64,000 bases of DNA, from NCBI RefSeq assembly GCF_006345805.1, contig NC_042997.1:74090001-74154000 (forward strand), given 5' to 3'. This document shows, in pieces, positions 11,921 to 25,344 of this stretch. Numbering within the stretch: the stretch's first letter is position 1; the number at the start of each line of letters is the position of its first letter. The translations under genes and the position numbers were made by a program. The DNA is from Octopus sinensis (Eukaryota). Below the pieces are notes generated by a model. It was not told where the DNA came from. It searched no databases and worked only from the letters and a program-made list of their open reading frames with translations.

Positions 11921-14900
11921 AACTGACAGATCCCGTCTTTTTCCCTTTCTTTTCGTTTCCTTCTCCGTAGTTTATTCTCATTATTTCGAACTAATACAGA
12001 CACAGTAAGCCTTGAAGAAAGGAAGAGGAGGAAAGAAAAAAAAAATGTCCGGAGATAAAACTATCAACAAAAAAAATACAGACGAATATAGATCTGCTAG
12101 TCTTAAGAAGCGGCGCTATGAGTAATGCTTACATGTAGTGAACCCTAAACTGACAGATCCATCTCCTAATATAAGAATGGATGCTCGTCATGCTTCAAGG
12201 TCAACAAATCAAACAATAAACCGCATTGGTCATTGCGCGGATTACAAAAGACCACGTACCCGAAAATTGAACCAAATCCTGATTGAAAAATCAGTTACTG
12301 GATCAAATCTTCCCAATACACAGGAGCTGGACGAACCCCACAACCGGAATATTCCAACAGATGGCCATCCATGCTCATCACCAAATAATCAAAAGAAAAA
12401 GAAGGAAAAATGGTCTAGGGAAGATAATAAAGAAGTTCTTGAGGCCTTCTACCATGCCATATATTTCCCCACAGATAAGTCTAGCACTGTACAAGCATAC
12501 TTAAACTGGAGACAGAAACACCCTGAAGTAAGACCCTACATAGACAGTAACAAGCTTGCCAATGTTAGAAGAAACATTATAAAAAAGAAATTACTGACTG
12601 AAGTAAAGATTGATCAGGTTAGACAAGCAATATCGGATAAAATGAACGAAGCTGCAGCTAGAGAAGATAATACAGAGGAAATGATTATAGACCAGCCCAG
12701 GGCGGATAAAAACGAAGAGAGGATTGAAAGAGTTAGTATAAGTGATAGGCAAAGTGAAATACGCCCTGAACCAATCATAAACACTAAGACAGATGAGCAT
12801 CAAATAGATAAAGAAAGTCACACAAATATTGACCCAACAGAACTACATGAGCTAAAAAATCAAATAATGATTGAATGGCTGAAAATTAAAGAAACCAGTA
12901 TGGATGAGCGTGATACACTTCCTAAAATCCGCAACTCTAACCAAAACATGAAAATAATTGGTAAAATCCGGCTTGCACTTAAGGATATAATTTCAGTTAA
13001 TGATGTTGATATCACAAACCTCAATCACCTATACTATACATCCGCGAAAATCTCAACGATCCAATGTGGTGTAAAGATTAGAAAACGGCAACAGTCCCAC
13101 AAAAAGCCTTCTTGGCAAGAGCGTCTGCAACAACAAATTAAAATATTTAGATCTGACATTGAATATTTGAAAAACCTTAAGGCTCACAAGACTACCAAAC
13201 CTACAAAAACCCAAAAATTACTGAAAAAATACAATATGAAAACTATACTTGATATTGATGCCACCATAGAAACCATCAAACAAAAGGTATCTGCCAAAGC
13301 TGCCCGCATAGCGAGGTATGAAAAGCGTGTTAGATTTTTCAAGGACAACAACATGTTCAAAAATAACACCAAGAATTTTTACAGGAAGATAGGAAAAACA
13401 GCGTTTACTTCAGGGTCTGTACCATCAAAAGAAGAAGTGCAGAGATTTTGGAATAAAATCTGGGCAGAAGAAAAAAACACAACGAAAAAGGGCCCCTGGA
13501 TTGACAGAATATCTACAGAACTGGACCCCTTAGAAGAGCAAAAGTGAGGGGTGTCATGGTAGAAGATATAAGATCTGCTCTCAGGAGGTCAAGCAAATGG
13601 AAGTCTCCAGGAAAGGATAAAATTCCTAACTTCTGGCTGAATGCCTTCCCAGAGAGCCATGAACTGCTAACAGAACTGTACAATGATGTTTTGCAACACC
13701 CTAGTAGGATGCCTCCTTGGCTAGTTAATGGGTTAACATTCCTGCTTCCAAGTGAAGAAACAAATGAACCAAAAAACTAGAGACCCATAACCTGCTTAAC
13801 AACTATGTACAAAACACTAACATCTGTCCTGACGGAATATACCTATAGTTTTTTAACAGACAGCAGCATATTCCCTAATGAACAGAAAGGATGTAAACGT
13901 GGATCCTACGGCTGTAAAGACCAACTACTCATCAATAAGATGATCTTAGAAGATTGTCACAAACGACACAAAAACTTATCAATAGCCTGGATAGACTATA
14001 AAAAGGCTTTTGATAGCCTACCACATAGCTGGATTAGGAAATGCCTTGAAATGTATAAGATAGCACCAACTCTGCGAAACTTCTTGACTGTAAGTATGAG
14101 ATCATGGAGAACCACACTAACTCTGAACAGTGACAGTGAATCCCTAAATGCTGGTGATGTAAAAATTTCGTGTGGCATTTTCCAGGGTGACTCACTGTCT
14201 CCACTCCTCTTCTGTTTAGCCTTAATACCTCTCTCAAAGCTGCTCAATGACGCGCAGTACGGGTATAAAATGTTTGATAAAAATATAAATCATCTCGTTT
14301 ACATGGATGATTTAAAGCTTTTTGCAAAAAATGATCAACAACTCAAGGGCTTACTAGCGATAGTCAAACAATTCAGTGACGACATCAGAATGCAATTCGG
14401 CCTCGATAAATGTGCAAAGGCTACCTTTATCAAAGGAAAAATGACAGAAACATCTAACGTTAACCTTGACCAACAGAATGTCATAAAAGAACTAGACCCA
14501 GCGGAGAGCTACAAGTACCTAGGGGTAATTGAAGGGAACGGAATAAGGCATTCAGAGATGAAGGAAAGGATCAGGAGAGAATGCTATCGAAGAGTGAGAG
14601 CAATACTCAAGACAGAGCTGAATGCAAGAAACAGGATCGAAGCGATCAATGCATTAGCTATACCAGTCGTGACTTACAGTTTCAATATAGTTAACTGGTC
14701 AATTACTGAAATATGTCAGCTCGACTGAAAAATAAGGAAACTGTTGACAATGCATAGAATGCACCACCCTAAGGCAGATACCGAACGACTCTATCTGCCA
14801 AGAAAAGAGGGAGGCCGTGGTCTTTTGCAACTGGCAATAACAATGAAGATTGCTACAATTGGCCTAGACACCTACCTGAAAAACTCTGAGGACTGGATGT

Positions 14901-16090
14901 TAAAACTTGTCTCAAAACATGAAAAAAGAAAGCATCATACTCAGTCACAAAACAGGCAAAGGTATATCTAAGTGAATTCCGAATACAACCCATTTCGGAA
15001 TTAGAGATAGATATACAAGAAACAAGCACAGAAAAAGCTAGGCGCATGAAAACCCGTGCCAAAACTGCGGCCTTAGATATTCTGAATAATAAATGGCAAG
15101 AAAAACCTCTCTATGGCAAATACCCAAAGAGAGCGAATAATGCAGATATCGACAAAGCCCTGACCCATCAATGGCTAATGGCCTCTGGCTTAAAATCTGA
15201 AACAGAGGGGTTTATCATAGCAGCTCAAGATCAATGCCTACCAACAAGAAACTACCAGGCCAACATATTAAAGATCAGAAGCAGTCCAACGTGTCGTGTA
15301 TGCAAGCAACAAAATGAAACCATTGACCATGTGGTCTCCAAGTGCAGTCTTCTAGCGCCTACAGAGTATCTCAACAGGCACGATAGAGCTGCACAATATA
15401 TTCACTGGGTAATCTGTAAAAACCTGGATTTGCCCCATGAAAAAAACTGGTGGGAACACAAACCACCCCCAGTGCTTGAAAATGACCACATCTCACTCCT
15501 CTGGAACTTCGCCATTCAAACTGACAGAAAGATAGATGCAAATAGGCCAGACATCATATTGAAAGACTTTTCAAAAGAACATGCCTCCTCATTGATATGA
15601 CTGTCCCAATCGATATAAACGTATCTGTCAAGACCTACAAAAACTGAGCAAATATAAAGATCTTGAAATAGAAATCAGCAAAATGTGGAAGCTGAAGACT
15701 AAAACAATACCTGTTGTCATAGGTGCCCTGGGAATGATAGCAAAAGGGGCTGATAGCTACCTAACTCAGATACCAGGAAACCCAAAAATGGCAGAAGTTC
15801 AAAAGATAGTGCTCATGGGAACTGCTCATATCCTACGCAAAATACTCTCTATGTAATCTCAAGGTTTAAAACAAACATAATTTTCGGTTTAAAAAAAAAA
15901 AAAAAAAAACCTTTTTTTTTAGACATTCATTAGTACAACATCCCCACCCCCAAATATATGGCACACTAGGCATAACAACAACATGAACTTCCAACCCTGT
16001 TGTCTCTTGAGGTCTCTGGGTGAGACTTGGAGAGCCAACTTGTACAAATATAAAGCAAAAGTCAAACATAGAATAATAATAATAATAATA
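11921..16090 (+). mobile_element. Near full-length R4/Dong LINE flanked by TAA repeats
   Basis: 5' UTR, single broken ORF with RT, CCHC and REL, 3' UTR, (AAT)n tail; TAA-like repeats just upstream. Confidence 0.92.
12138..15856 (+). pseudogene. Dong ORF (N-terminal, RT, zinc knuckle, REL endonuclease) with a few frameshifts and stops
   Basis: KSPGKDKIPNFW, EQKGC, WIDYKKAFDS, GIFQGDSLSP, YMDDLK, YKYLG, CRVC...HVVSKC, RPDIILKD. Confidence 0.92.
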
Positions 16091-16155
16091 ATATATATAA
16101 TATATTATATATATATATTATATATATAATTTATAATATATAATAATAATATATA

Positions 16156-16186
<31 letters not shown>

Positions 16187-16212
16187 ATATATAGATATAT
16201 ATATATATATAT

Positions 16213-16443
16213 CTTTTACTCTACTCTTTTACTTGTTTCAGTCATTTGACTGCGGCCATGCTGGAGCACCGCCTTAGTCGAGGCGCAAATCGACCCGGAC
16301 TTATTCTTTGTAAGCCCAGTACTTATTCTATCGGTCTTTCTTCTGCCAAACCGCTAAGTGACGGGACGTAAATACACGAGCATCGGTTGTCAAGCAATGC
16401 TAGAGGGACAAACACAGACACACAAACATATACGCACACACAT

Positions 16444-16490
<47 letters not shown>

Positions 16491-16656
16491 TACGACAGGC
16501 TTCTTTCAGTTTCCGTCTACCAAATCCACTCACAAGGTGTTGGTCGGCCCGAGGCTATAGCAGAAGATACTTGCCCAAGATGCCACGCAGTGGGACTGAA
16601 CCCGGAACCATGTGGTTGGTTAGCAAGCTACTTACCACACAGCCACTCCTGCGCCT
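16213..16656 (-). mobile_element. tRNA-derived SINE resembling octopus OK/OR-type families
   Basis: Minus-strand head GGCGCAGGAGTGGCTGTGTGGTAAG...GGTTCAGTCCC (A/B boxes); internal (CA/TA)n. Confidence 0.8.
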
Positions 16657-16884
16657 ATTGTTCATGTTCAATCGTCCCCAAGAATTACTCTTTGTAAGCC
16701 AAGTACTTATTTTATCGGTCTCTTAACAGAGCCGCTATGTTACGGGGATGTAAGCACACCAAAATCGGTTGTCAGGCGATGGCGGAAACACACACACACA
16801 TATATATATATAGGTTCAGAATATGTGGAAAGTATAAAAACTGGAAGAGAATTGCCTTTGTTTCACATAGTTTAATATCTTTTT

Positions 16885-16980
<96 letters not shown>

Positions 16981-17171
16981 ACATATATGGCCGCAGCTCT
17001 GAGCTGAAACTAGAAAAAAAATATAAAGAATATGAAGGGTTTAGATGTTCTAAACGAATAGGTACTTGCGCAAGTGATATAATTGGTTATCTGTTAGGTT
17101 CTAAGATCACGGCTGACGCTGGGTCTAGGGATTCGTGGTAGGCTTCAGAGTTAGAAGGTATATATTAAAGG

Positions 17172-17325
17172 ACAGGCTTCTTTCAGTTTCCGTCTACGAA
17201 ATCCACTTACAAATCTTTGATCGGCCCGAGGAAGAGGACACTTGCTCAAGGTGGCACGCAGTGAAACTGAACTAGAAACCATGTTGTTAGGAAACAAGCT
17301 TCTTACCACACAGCCATGCCTGCGC
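17172..17325 (-). mobile_element. SINE 5' half, same family as 16213..16656
   Basis: Aligns to 16495-16655. Confidence 0.75.
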
Positions 17326-17626
17326 GGCATACTTAAAGAAGGCTTTAGGGTTTGATAGTATATTTTGTATTACCCAGGCTTCTTTTCACGCTCTTTATTT
17401 TTCATGGGAGCTTTTCAAATGTTTGCCAGTCTCCACTGCTGGAGAAAAATCCCGCCTGTTTCCTAGGTGGGATTTTTCATTATCATTGAGTTCTTTGTTA
17501 AAACGGTTTGGGATCTTTGTACATCGTCTATTAAGAACTATTCTCTCCCTGGAAATCTTGCTCTGATGTGCAGTGATCTTTCTCTCGGAGAAAACTTGTA
17601 GCATATGTGTGTGTGTGTGTGTGTGT

Positions 17627-17815
17627 TCTTTTATTCTTTTACTTGTTTCAATCATTTGACTGTGTCAATGCTGGAGCACCACCTTTAGTAAAACAAATCG
17701 ACCCCAAGAATTACTCTTTGTAAGCCAAGTACTTATTTTATCGGTCTCTTAACAGAGCCGCTATGTTACGGGGATGTAAGCACACCAACCTCGGTTGTCA
17801 AGCGATGGCGGAAAC
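17627..17815 (-). mobile_element. SINE 3' half, same family
   Basis: Aligns to 16213-16400. Confidence 0.75.
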
Positions 17816-18321
17816 AACACACACACACACACATATATATATATAGGTTCAAAATATGTGGAAAACATAAAAACTGAAGGAGAATTGCCTTCGTTTCACA
17901 TAGTTTAATATCTTTTTATACATATATATATATACATTATGGATGTCGTGATATACAAACGGTTTTCGCTATTTAAATTAGCTTTTCAAGGGACATTCCT
18001 TGTGACAAAGGAATCTCACCATTTTGGATACTTGGAAAGTAAGAATGAGACTACAGAGCAGACAAAGTGAGGCAACAGGAGGCAAGGGGGACAACTAACT
18101 CCTCAGTATAATTTTTGAAATAAGGATGTGTAAGGATCAGGTAGTCAAATTTGTATATTAAGTAGTGGTCTGTACTTTAGTATGAACAGGTTTTCTTTGT
18201 TTTAGGCGTTCTTGTAAGGAGATTGAATCTTTGCATTGGTATAATGGAAAGATATGGAAGCTCACAATTTTGCCGCGTCGTGTATACTGATTCTCCAGTA
18301 TTTTTGCTCCTTTTATATTTC

Positions 18322-18384
<63 letters not shown>

Positions 18385-18904
18385 TATATATAAATTATTA
18401 AATAAAACATATGCATATATACATACATATATGTACGTAGCTACCTTTACATGTATATATACATGCATATATGGGTACAGGACACCAAAAAAACCTCGAA
18501 CACAATGAGAAACGAAAACATAAACACAAAACCAAGGAACTGGACATTTTTCTTAAACAACGAAAAAATAGAGTACAAGACAAATAACACAAGGAAAATT
18601 CCCCTTCTTCAGTCGCCATGGTTTCATCTACTCTGCGTTTCGAAGGTGAAGGTGATACGCATCTTCGATAGAAACTTTCCTTCCCGCGAAAAGCAAATTA
18701 AATAAAATTTGAGATCTTTTTGCGAAGGGGTAAAAATGGTAACAAAAACAGGACAGTAACGACAGTACAAAATATAAACAGTAAAATACAGGACAAGGAG
18801 AATAACAAGACAAGAAGGGCTGTTAAGCCGAACGCGATAAAAGTATTACGAACGCTATTTTTGAGAACGGCGAAGGGGCAACAGAAAATGCCATATATAT
18901 ATAT

Positions 18905-19092
18905 GACGGGCTTCTTTCAGTTTCCGTCTACCAAATCCACTCACAAATCTTTGGTCGGCCCGAGGCTATAGTAAAAGACACTTGCCGAAGGTGCCACGCA
19001 GTGGCACTGACTCTGGAACCATATGGTTGGGAAGCAAGGAGTGGCTGTGTGGTAAGAAGCTTGCTTCTTACCGCACAGCTACTCCTACGCCT
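18905..19092 (-). mobile_element. SINE 5' half with fold-back duplication of its head
   Basis: Aligns to 16495-16655; hairpin at 19037-19086. Confidence 0.75.
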
Positions 19093-20296
19093 ATATATAC
19101 ATACTTACATATATATATATATAATTCCAAAATAGTTAGAGGCAGTTAATCCAACCAAGGGATAATATCTATAATATTCTACTACTGGTAGAAAACCCAA
19201 CTAATAATACACAAGTGTTTTTTTTTTATTTGCATGGCAATTACACTACTGAATGTAATAAATGGGTGAGGGCAAGAAAGGTTTTTTTACCCTTAATTTA
19301 TACAGCAATAAGAAAATGTAGGTGATCAAGAGGTGGTACTCATCAACTTTTAGATATTATATTATGTCTATTTATTTATTTAAAAAAACATTATAACAAT
19401 ATACATACATGTATAGCATAATATGCTTTACATATACAATATATAAAAATACCAGTAATTATTAAAATATATAAGGTATACATTGTATGTTTATTGTTAT
19501 AAATTTTTAAAATATTTTTTTTTCTTTTTCTTTTTTTCTTTTTCCTTTTCTCCTCTCTTCCCTTCTCCAAACTCACAGACACCCACACAAACACACGCAC
19601 ACACACACACACAGACAGACACACACACACACCTCCACAAAACAATCATAAAAAGAATTCTTCTCTAAACCCAAAAAAACATTTGACCATCCCTCATTAA
19701 ACACACACACACTCCCTCTTTCTCTCACAATGATAAAAAGAAATATAATTTATGCTCTACCTCCCCGCCACCACACACTCAATAACACTGGTTATTGGTC
19801 AAAACTGAAATTCTTTTCCCCCAAGATCTTAAACCCCCCTTGGAATAAGCATCCTGTCCAGCAGAGCAAAAAAATTATTTTCTTCTTCTTCCCTCTCCCT
19901 TCCCCTCTTTTTCTTTAGCACTCATTCCAAATACAAAAACACGCACACACGCATACACACACACACATGCTCTCTCTCTCTCTCACTTTCTCCTCACCCA
20001 TCACCCTCTTGTACTGTCTTATATTCCTCCCCACCACTACAAACTCAATACCACTATAAAATGGTCAAAACTTTTCACACAGGAACTTAGTTTGATTTCA
20101 AAAACCCCACTAGAATGGGAGAAAGCGCTAATACATGATCTGAGTTATATGATGTATAAAAAATGTAATATACAAATAAATATCTATAAATATAAACCAT
20201 CCGATTTTCTGAGTACCTCATTTCTTCTAATATAAAATACCTGTACATCATCTCCAAACCTTCCAATACATATATTTGGATGTACAAGACATCAGA

Positions 20297-21169
20297 ATGG
20301 ATGGACAAATATCAGATCCGCAAACAGAAGATACCAAAAATACAGAAAACATCGAAAAGAATGGAACAGAATCAGACCCAAAACAGGTTTATACCAAACA
20401 CGCAGAAGACCTAACACAAATCTGCAAAATATGCAATACCGAAATAAATAATACAGAAGCACATCTTCAACAGGGGAATACCAGGAGCATGGAAGATCTA
20501 TTCACAGAAACCTGTAGTAAGTTGAATTCGCTTCTTTCAAAAATTGATACACTCTTTGCAAACATTGCTTTAACAATAAATATGATCCAAACACAAAATA
20601 TTCTCTCTAAAAATAATCAAGCAAACACAACTGACAACACAAATCTTTTGGCGGGACCACCCCAATCACAAAGGAAATCAAATGATGAAGAAACAAAAAC
20701 TGACACAAACCAAGAAAAACCTTCAAACCCCCAAGACTGGAACAAACTTCTAAACCAACATAAACATGCTTATTGGAAAAGCATACGCTGTAAGAACATA
20801 GCCAGCATATACCAAAACTGGCGGGACATGAAGAACCCAATACTCCCTAGAAAATTCCTTATCAAAGAAATAAGGGGTGAAACACTAGAAGAAACAACAA
20901 AAGGTGCAAACCTAGCCCTTTGCCGACTAGAAACGGAAATTTCCCTTCTGCAAACACGAAGCTCACACCAGGAAGATAAGATTAAAACAATTGATACCGT
21001 CATAATGGCCGAGATAACAGAAAGGAACAATAACCAAAACAAAGAAAAACTACAACAATTATGGAAAGAGGATACCGAACGAGAGGAGGAAAGATCCAGA
21101 TTTATGTGGACCAAACAACATGAGTGGTTTTTAAACTACGAAAAGAACTATGGGGAAAATCAATTATGA
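20297..21169 (+). CDS. PLE-associated upstream ORF, probably coiled-coil, function unknown
   Basis: Open ~290 aa frame immediately after the 5' pLTR; heptad-like LNSLLSKIDTLF and LETEISLLQTR; same A/C-rich strand bias as the RT region. Confidence 0.55.
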   Translation: MDGQISDPQTEDTKNTENIEKNGTESDPKQVYTKHAEDLTQICKICNTEINNTEAHLQQGNTRSMEDLFTETCSKLNSLLSKIDTLFANIALTINMIQTQNILSKNNQANTTDNTNLLAGPPQSQRKSNDEETKTDTNQEKPSNPQDWNKLLNQHKHAYWKSIRCKNIASIYQNWRDMKNPILPRKFLIKEIRGETLEETTKGANLALCRLETEISLLQTRSSHQEDKIKTIDTVIMAEITERNNNQNKEKLQQLWKEDTEREEERSRFMWTKQHEWFLNYEKNYGENQL

Positions 21170-21870
21170 AGACAAAAAAACTACCAAAACAAATGAAAAG
21201 ATACAACAAACCAACACCACAAACATATTGGACTACCAGACATCCAAATAAGCCCTACCAAACACAAACCGAACCCCCCAATAAACAGACACACAAAATA
21301 TGAAAGACAACCATCAACTCCAAACCCCACAAAAACACACAAGCAGCAAGACGAGCACGATACATACAACCAACAACCTATATCAATTGGAGAGAACAAG
21401 TAGAATATGAACAACCACCAACACATAACACTGGACATCCTAAAAGGACACACACTTGGAACAATAAACAAGTGGAGAGATATCAACACATAACCTACAA
21501 CAAACATCGAGGAAATCCAAACCACACGAACACCAACCCCATGCAACCCCACAAATTTACAAGATGGATAAAAAACAACCCCACTATCAATACAATACAA
21601 ACACAATACATGAACCATCCACCTACCCACAAAGAAACCTGAACCCAAGTAATAGAAATTGGCTCAACAAACACAGAAGATGGGAAGAAAACATCTACCA
21701 AAGACAAAACAACACATACAGACCACACAGACCACCCCTTCTACTACAAGAAAACCTAAGGACTGAAAATGGAATTCGGAGACGCAACAACACAACCCCT
21801 TTTTTAGGGAAAGGATATTTCAACCATACTCCAGACCCAATATACCAAAAATTTCGGATGAACTCACAAA

Positions 21871-24080
21871 ACACATAGACCCCAAAATAATAAACCTATC
21901 TAAAAGAGAACTTAACGAAAATGAAATGAACCTACTACTAAAAGGCCTCAAATTTGCATCTACACCCACTCCAAACCTCATAGAACTAAAAACTGATATA
22001 GACAATTTCAGCCGCCACCTCTGCCTTATGGAATTCTTTGAAAATAAAGAAACAGAAGATAACTCAATCATAAGAAAAAAATCTCATTTTACCCCTTACA
22101 AGGGAAGTGACAAACACCTTGACGCATGCATAGAGACAATATCCAAATTCGCTCTCAACACACACAAATGCAAACAGAATCTCCGCAGAGGAGAAAAACA
22201 AGCCTTACAAAAACTAAAAAATGACAAGTCAATCATTATAAAAGAAGCTGACAAAGGTGGAGCAATAGTTATTATGGATACAGATTACTACAAAGAAAAG
22301 ATACTGGAGTTACTGAACAACCAGACATACTATAAAGAGGAACGAACACCACCGGAGAAAGCAACAATAAAAAAGAATTAGAACTTTAGTCAATGAATAC
22401 CAGGACTCCTTTACATATAAGGAGAAAGACTATCTATGCAACTCAAGAACCAAAGATAGTAACTTTTATGGATTACCTAAAATTCATAAAAGCTCTGAAA
22501 TACAGGGAGCCATAAAGGAACAGAGGAACCACTATATAAGAATACAAAGGCCTGGAGACCTCACAATGAGACCAATAGTGGCAGGACCCCAGGCACCAAC
22601 ACAACAACTAAGCCACTTCATAGATGTACTCCTCAAACCTTTATGCCCACAGATACCAAGCTACATAAGGGATGACATAGACTTCCTCACACACATTCCA
22701 AATACAGTCCCGAAAAACACCATACTTGCAAGCTTCGATGTCACAAATCTATACACAAACATACCACACACCCTAGGTCTGGAAGCAATAAAACAATCGA
22801 TAAAAAAAATACAGGGAACTCATAGACGAACGTTTCAAGACAGACTTCATCGCCCAAGCCACCCAATTAATACTCGAAGAAAATACATTCTCATTCAACA
22901 ACAAGACATACCGACAGATAAAGGGCACGGCTATGGGTACAAAATTCGCACCTTCATATGCCAACCTGGTGATGGGTTTCCTGGATAACAAACTATACGA
23001 TGAAATAGGGAAAGTCTTCGAACACGACTTCAGAGAAGACATCAAGAAAAAGTGGAAACACTACCTCGATGACTGCTTCATCTTTTGGAACAGATCAGAA
23101 GAAGACCTACGAACATTCCACAACATCCTCAACATGCTGACCCATCTATCAACTTCAGAATAGATACCAGCCACAACGAACTTCACTTCCTAGACATCAA
23201 CATCAAAATACACAACTCCATCATCACAACAGACATCCACTACAAAAAAACTGACACACACCAATATTTAAATTTCCACTCCTGCCACTCCTGCCACACA
23301 AAAAGAAACATCCCACATAGTATGGCAAGACGAATATGTAGCATAGTAACTGACTCACAAACACGACTACTAAGACTAGATGAACTTAAAAACTTCCTAC
23401 TAGAGCAAAAATACTCCCTTAAACTAATAGAAAATGGAATCACAAGAGCAATGAAACTAGACAACGCTCAACCCAGGACACCCAAAACAAAAAACAAAGA
23501 AAACATTATCCCTTCCATAAACACGCACAACCCTGGAGTTACATGTTCCAAATCATACATTTAAACCTGCCAATAGCCTTACAAAGCCCCATAAAAACAG
23601 TAGACGACAAGACAAAAACCTAAAGAAACATCTAACAAGAGCGAAATTCTCTTCAGAAACTAAAACTGAATTCTTTGCAAAAGAGTGTGGAGATGGTAGC
23701 TGTGGGATCTGCAGCAACCCCACCTACAAATACATAGAGGGAGACAAAGAGATGAAATTTAAAAGTGGTCACGTATTTAAAGTAAATGCAGATATGAACT
23801 GCAAGACGCAGAACGTTATATACTGCATAACCTGCCCCACGTGCAAGGAGGATTAATAGGTGAAACTGGAAATTCTTTGTGTCAGCGAGCCAGGATTCAC
23901 CGACAACATGTTCGGCAGGAAGAACTACGCAAGATACCACTGAGTACACACCTAGCTACATGTGGAGAAGGAAAATTTAAGATCTTTCCCTTCTACAAAT
24001 GTCCGAAGAACGACACCTCTTTCAGGAGGAATATGGAAAAATATTTCATAGCTAAGTTCTCCCCCAAATTAAATGGCTGA
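21871..24080 (+). pseudogene. PLE reverse transcriptase and GIY-YIG endonuclease, frameshifted
   Basis: LLKGLKF, ADKGGAIVIM, RPIVAG, FDVTNLYTNIP, GTAMGTKFAPSYAN, HYLDDCF, Cys linker CGDGSCGIC, IGETGN...R...H. Confidence 0.9.
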
Positions 24081-24137
24081 AAATATCTCTATAATAAGCT
24101 GTACCAGATGAAGGACCAAATTTGCTAAGTAACTATT

Positions 24138-24175
<38 letters not shown>

Positions 24176-24208
24176 GCACACACACACACGCGCGCAACAC
24201 ACACACAC

Positions 24209-24258
<50 letters not shown>

Positions 24259-24578
24259 TCTACACATATGTTTTGGTTTTTGAAAATACAACATTGAACA
24301 AAGGCTATCCTAATGTTTGAATGAAACCATTTCACTTTAATTTGTGGAACCAGTTGCTCCTGTATGATAAAACTTAATATTTATTTAACTGTCAATCAGT
24401 GAGATATTAGACAAATCAATTGAAGATCAGACATCAGACTCAGTAATTGTCAGTTTGTATTCTGTCATTTGTAACTTCAACACAAGAGAGTCTCTTTTTC
24501 AAGTATGGACTTTATGAAAATTTACACATCATACAAGGACAATCTTTCAATTTACAATTTAATATAGTGGAGCATTTA

Positions 24579-24665
<87 letters not shown>

Positions 24666-25184
24666 CGTATTATATACATTATATTATTTTTGTAATTTAC
24701 TTAATCTTTACTTTTTAATTGTCATTTTAATTTTAACTTTTCTATGATATGTAATTTTCTAGATGGTGTAATTTAATTATTCATTTTGAATTGATAAAAG
24801 GTGTTTTTTTCTAATATTTTATGTATATGTATGTATATATATATAGTGGTATAAATATCAACACAATTATTTCTCCTTCCTCTTTTTTCTTTTTTTTTCT
24901 TTTTCTTTTTCCTTTTTCCTTTTCTCCTCTCTGCTCTTCTCCAAATTCACTGACACCCCCCCCCACACACACACACCTCCACAAAACAATCAAAAAAGAA
25001 TTCTTCTTCTCTAAACCCAAAAAACCATTTGACCATCCCTCATTAAACACACACACACATGCTCTCTCTCTCTCTCACTTTCTCCTCACCCATCACCCTC
25101 TTGTACTGTCTTATATTCCTCCCCACCACTACAAACTCAATACCACTATAAAATGGTCAAAACTTTTCACATAGGAACTTAGTT

Positions 25185-25230
25185 TGATTTGAAAACCCCA
25201 CTAGAATGGGAGAAAGCGCTAATACATGAT
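25185..25230 (+). ncRNA. Degenerate minimal hammerhead in the pLTR (second copy ~20090-20135)
   Basis: TTGAAAA (2 changes from CTGAAGA), CCCA/TGGG stem II, GAAAGCGCTA with palindromic AGCGCT stem III. Confidence 0.45.
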
Positions 25231-25344
25231 CTAAGTTATATGATGTATAAAAAATGTAATATACAAATTTATATCTGTAAATATAAACCATCCGATTTTC
25301 TGAGTACCTCATTTCTTCTAATATATATATATATATATATACAT

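Larger units (their letters stand above)
19520..25321 (+). mobile_element. Neptune-type Penelope-like element with direct pseudo-LTRs (19520-20231, 24870-25321)
   Basis: RT and GIY-YIG remnants between two directly repeated segments. Confidence 0.85.

Noticed and set aside
18600-18680. Hammerhead candidate (CTGAAGA on minus strand)
   Set aside because: No GAAA after the putative stem II
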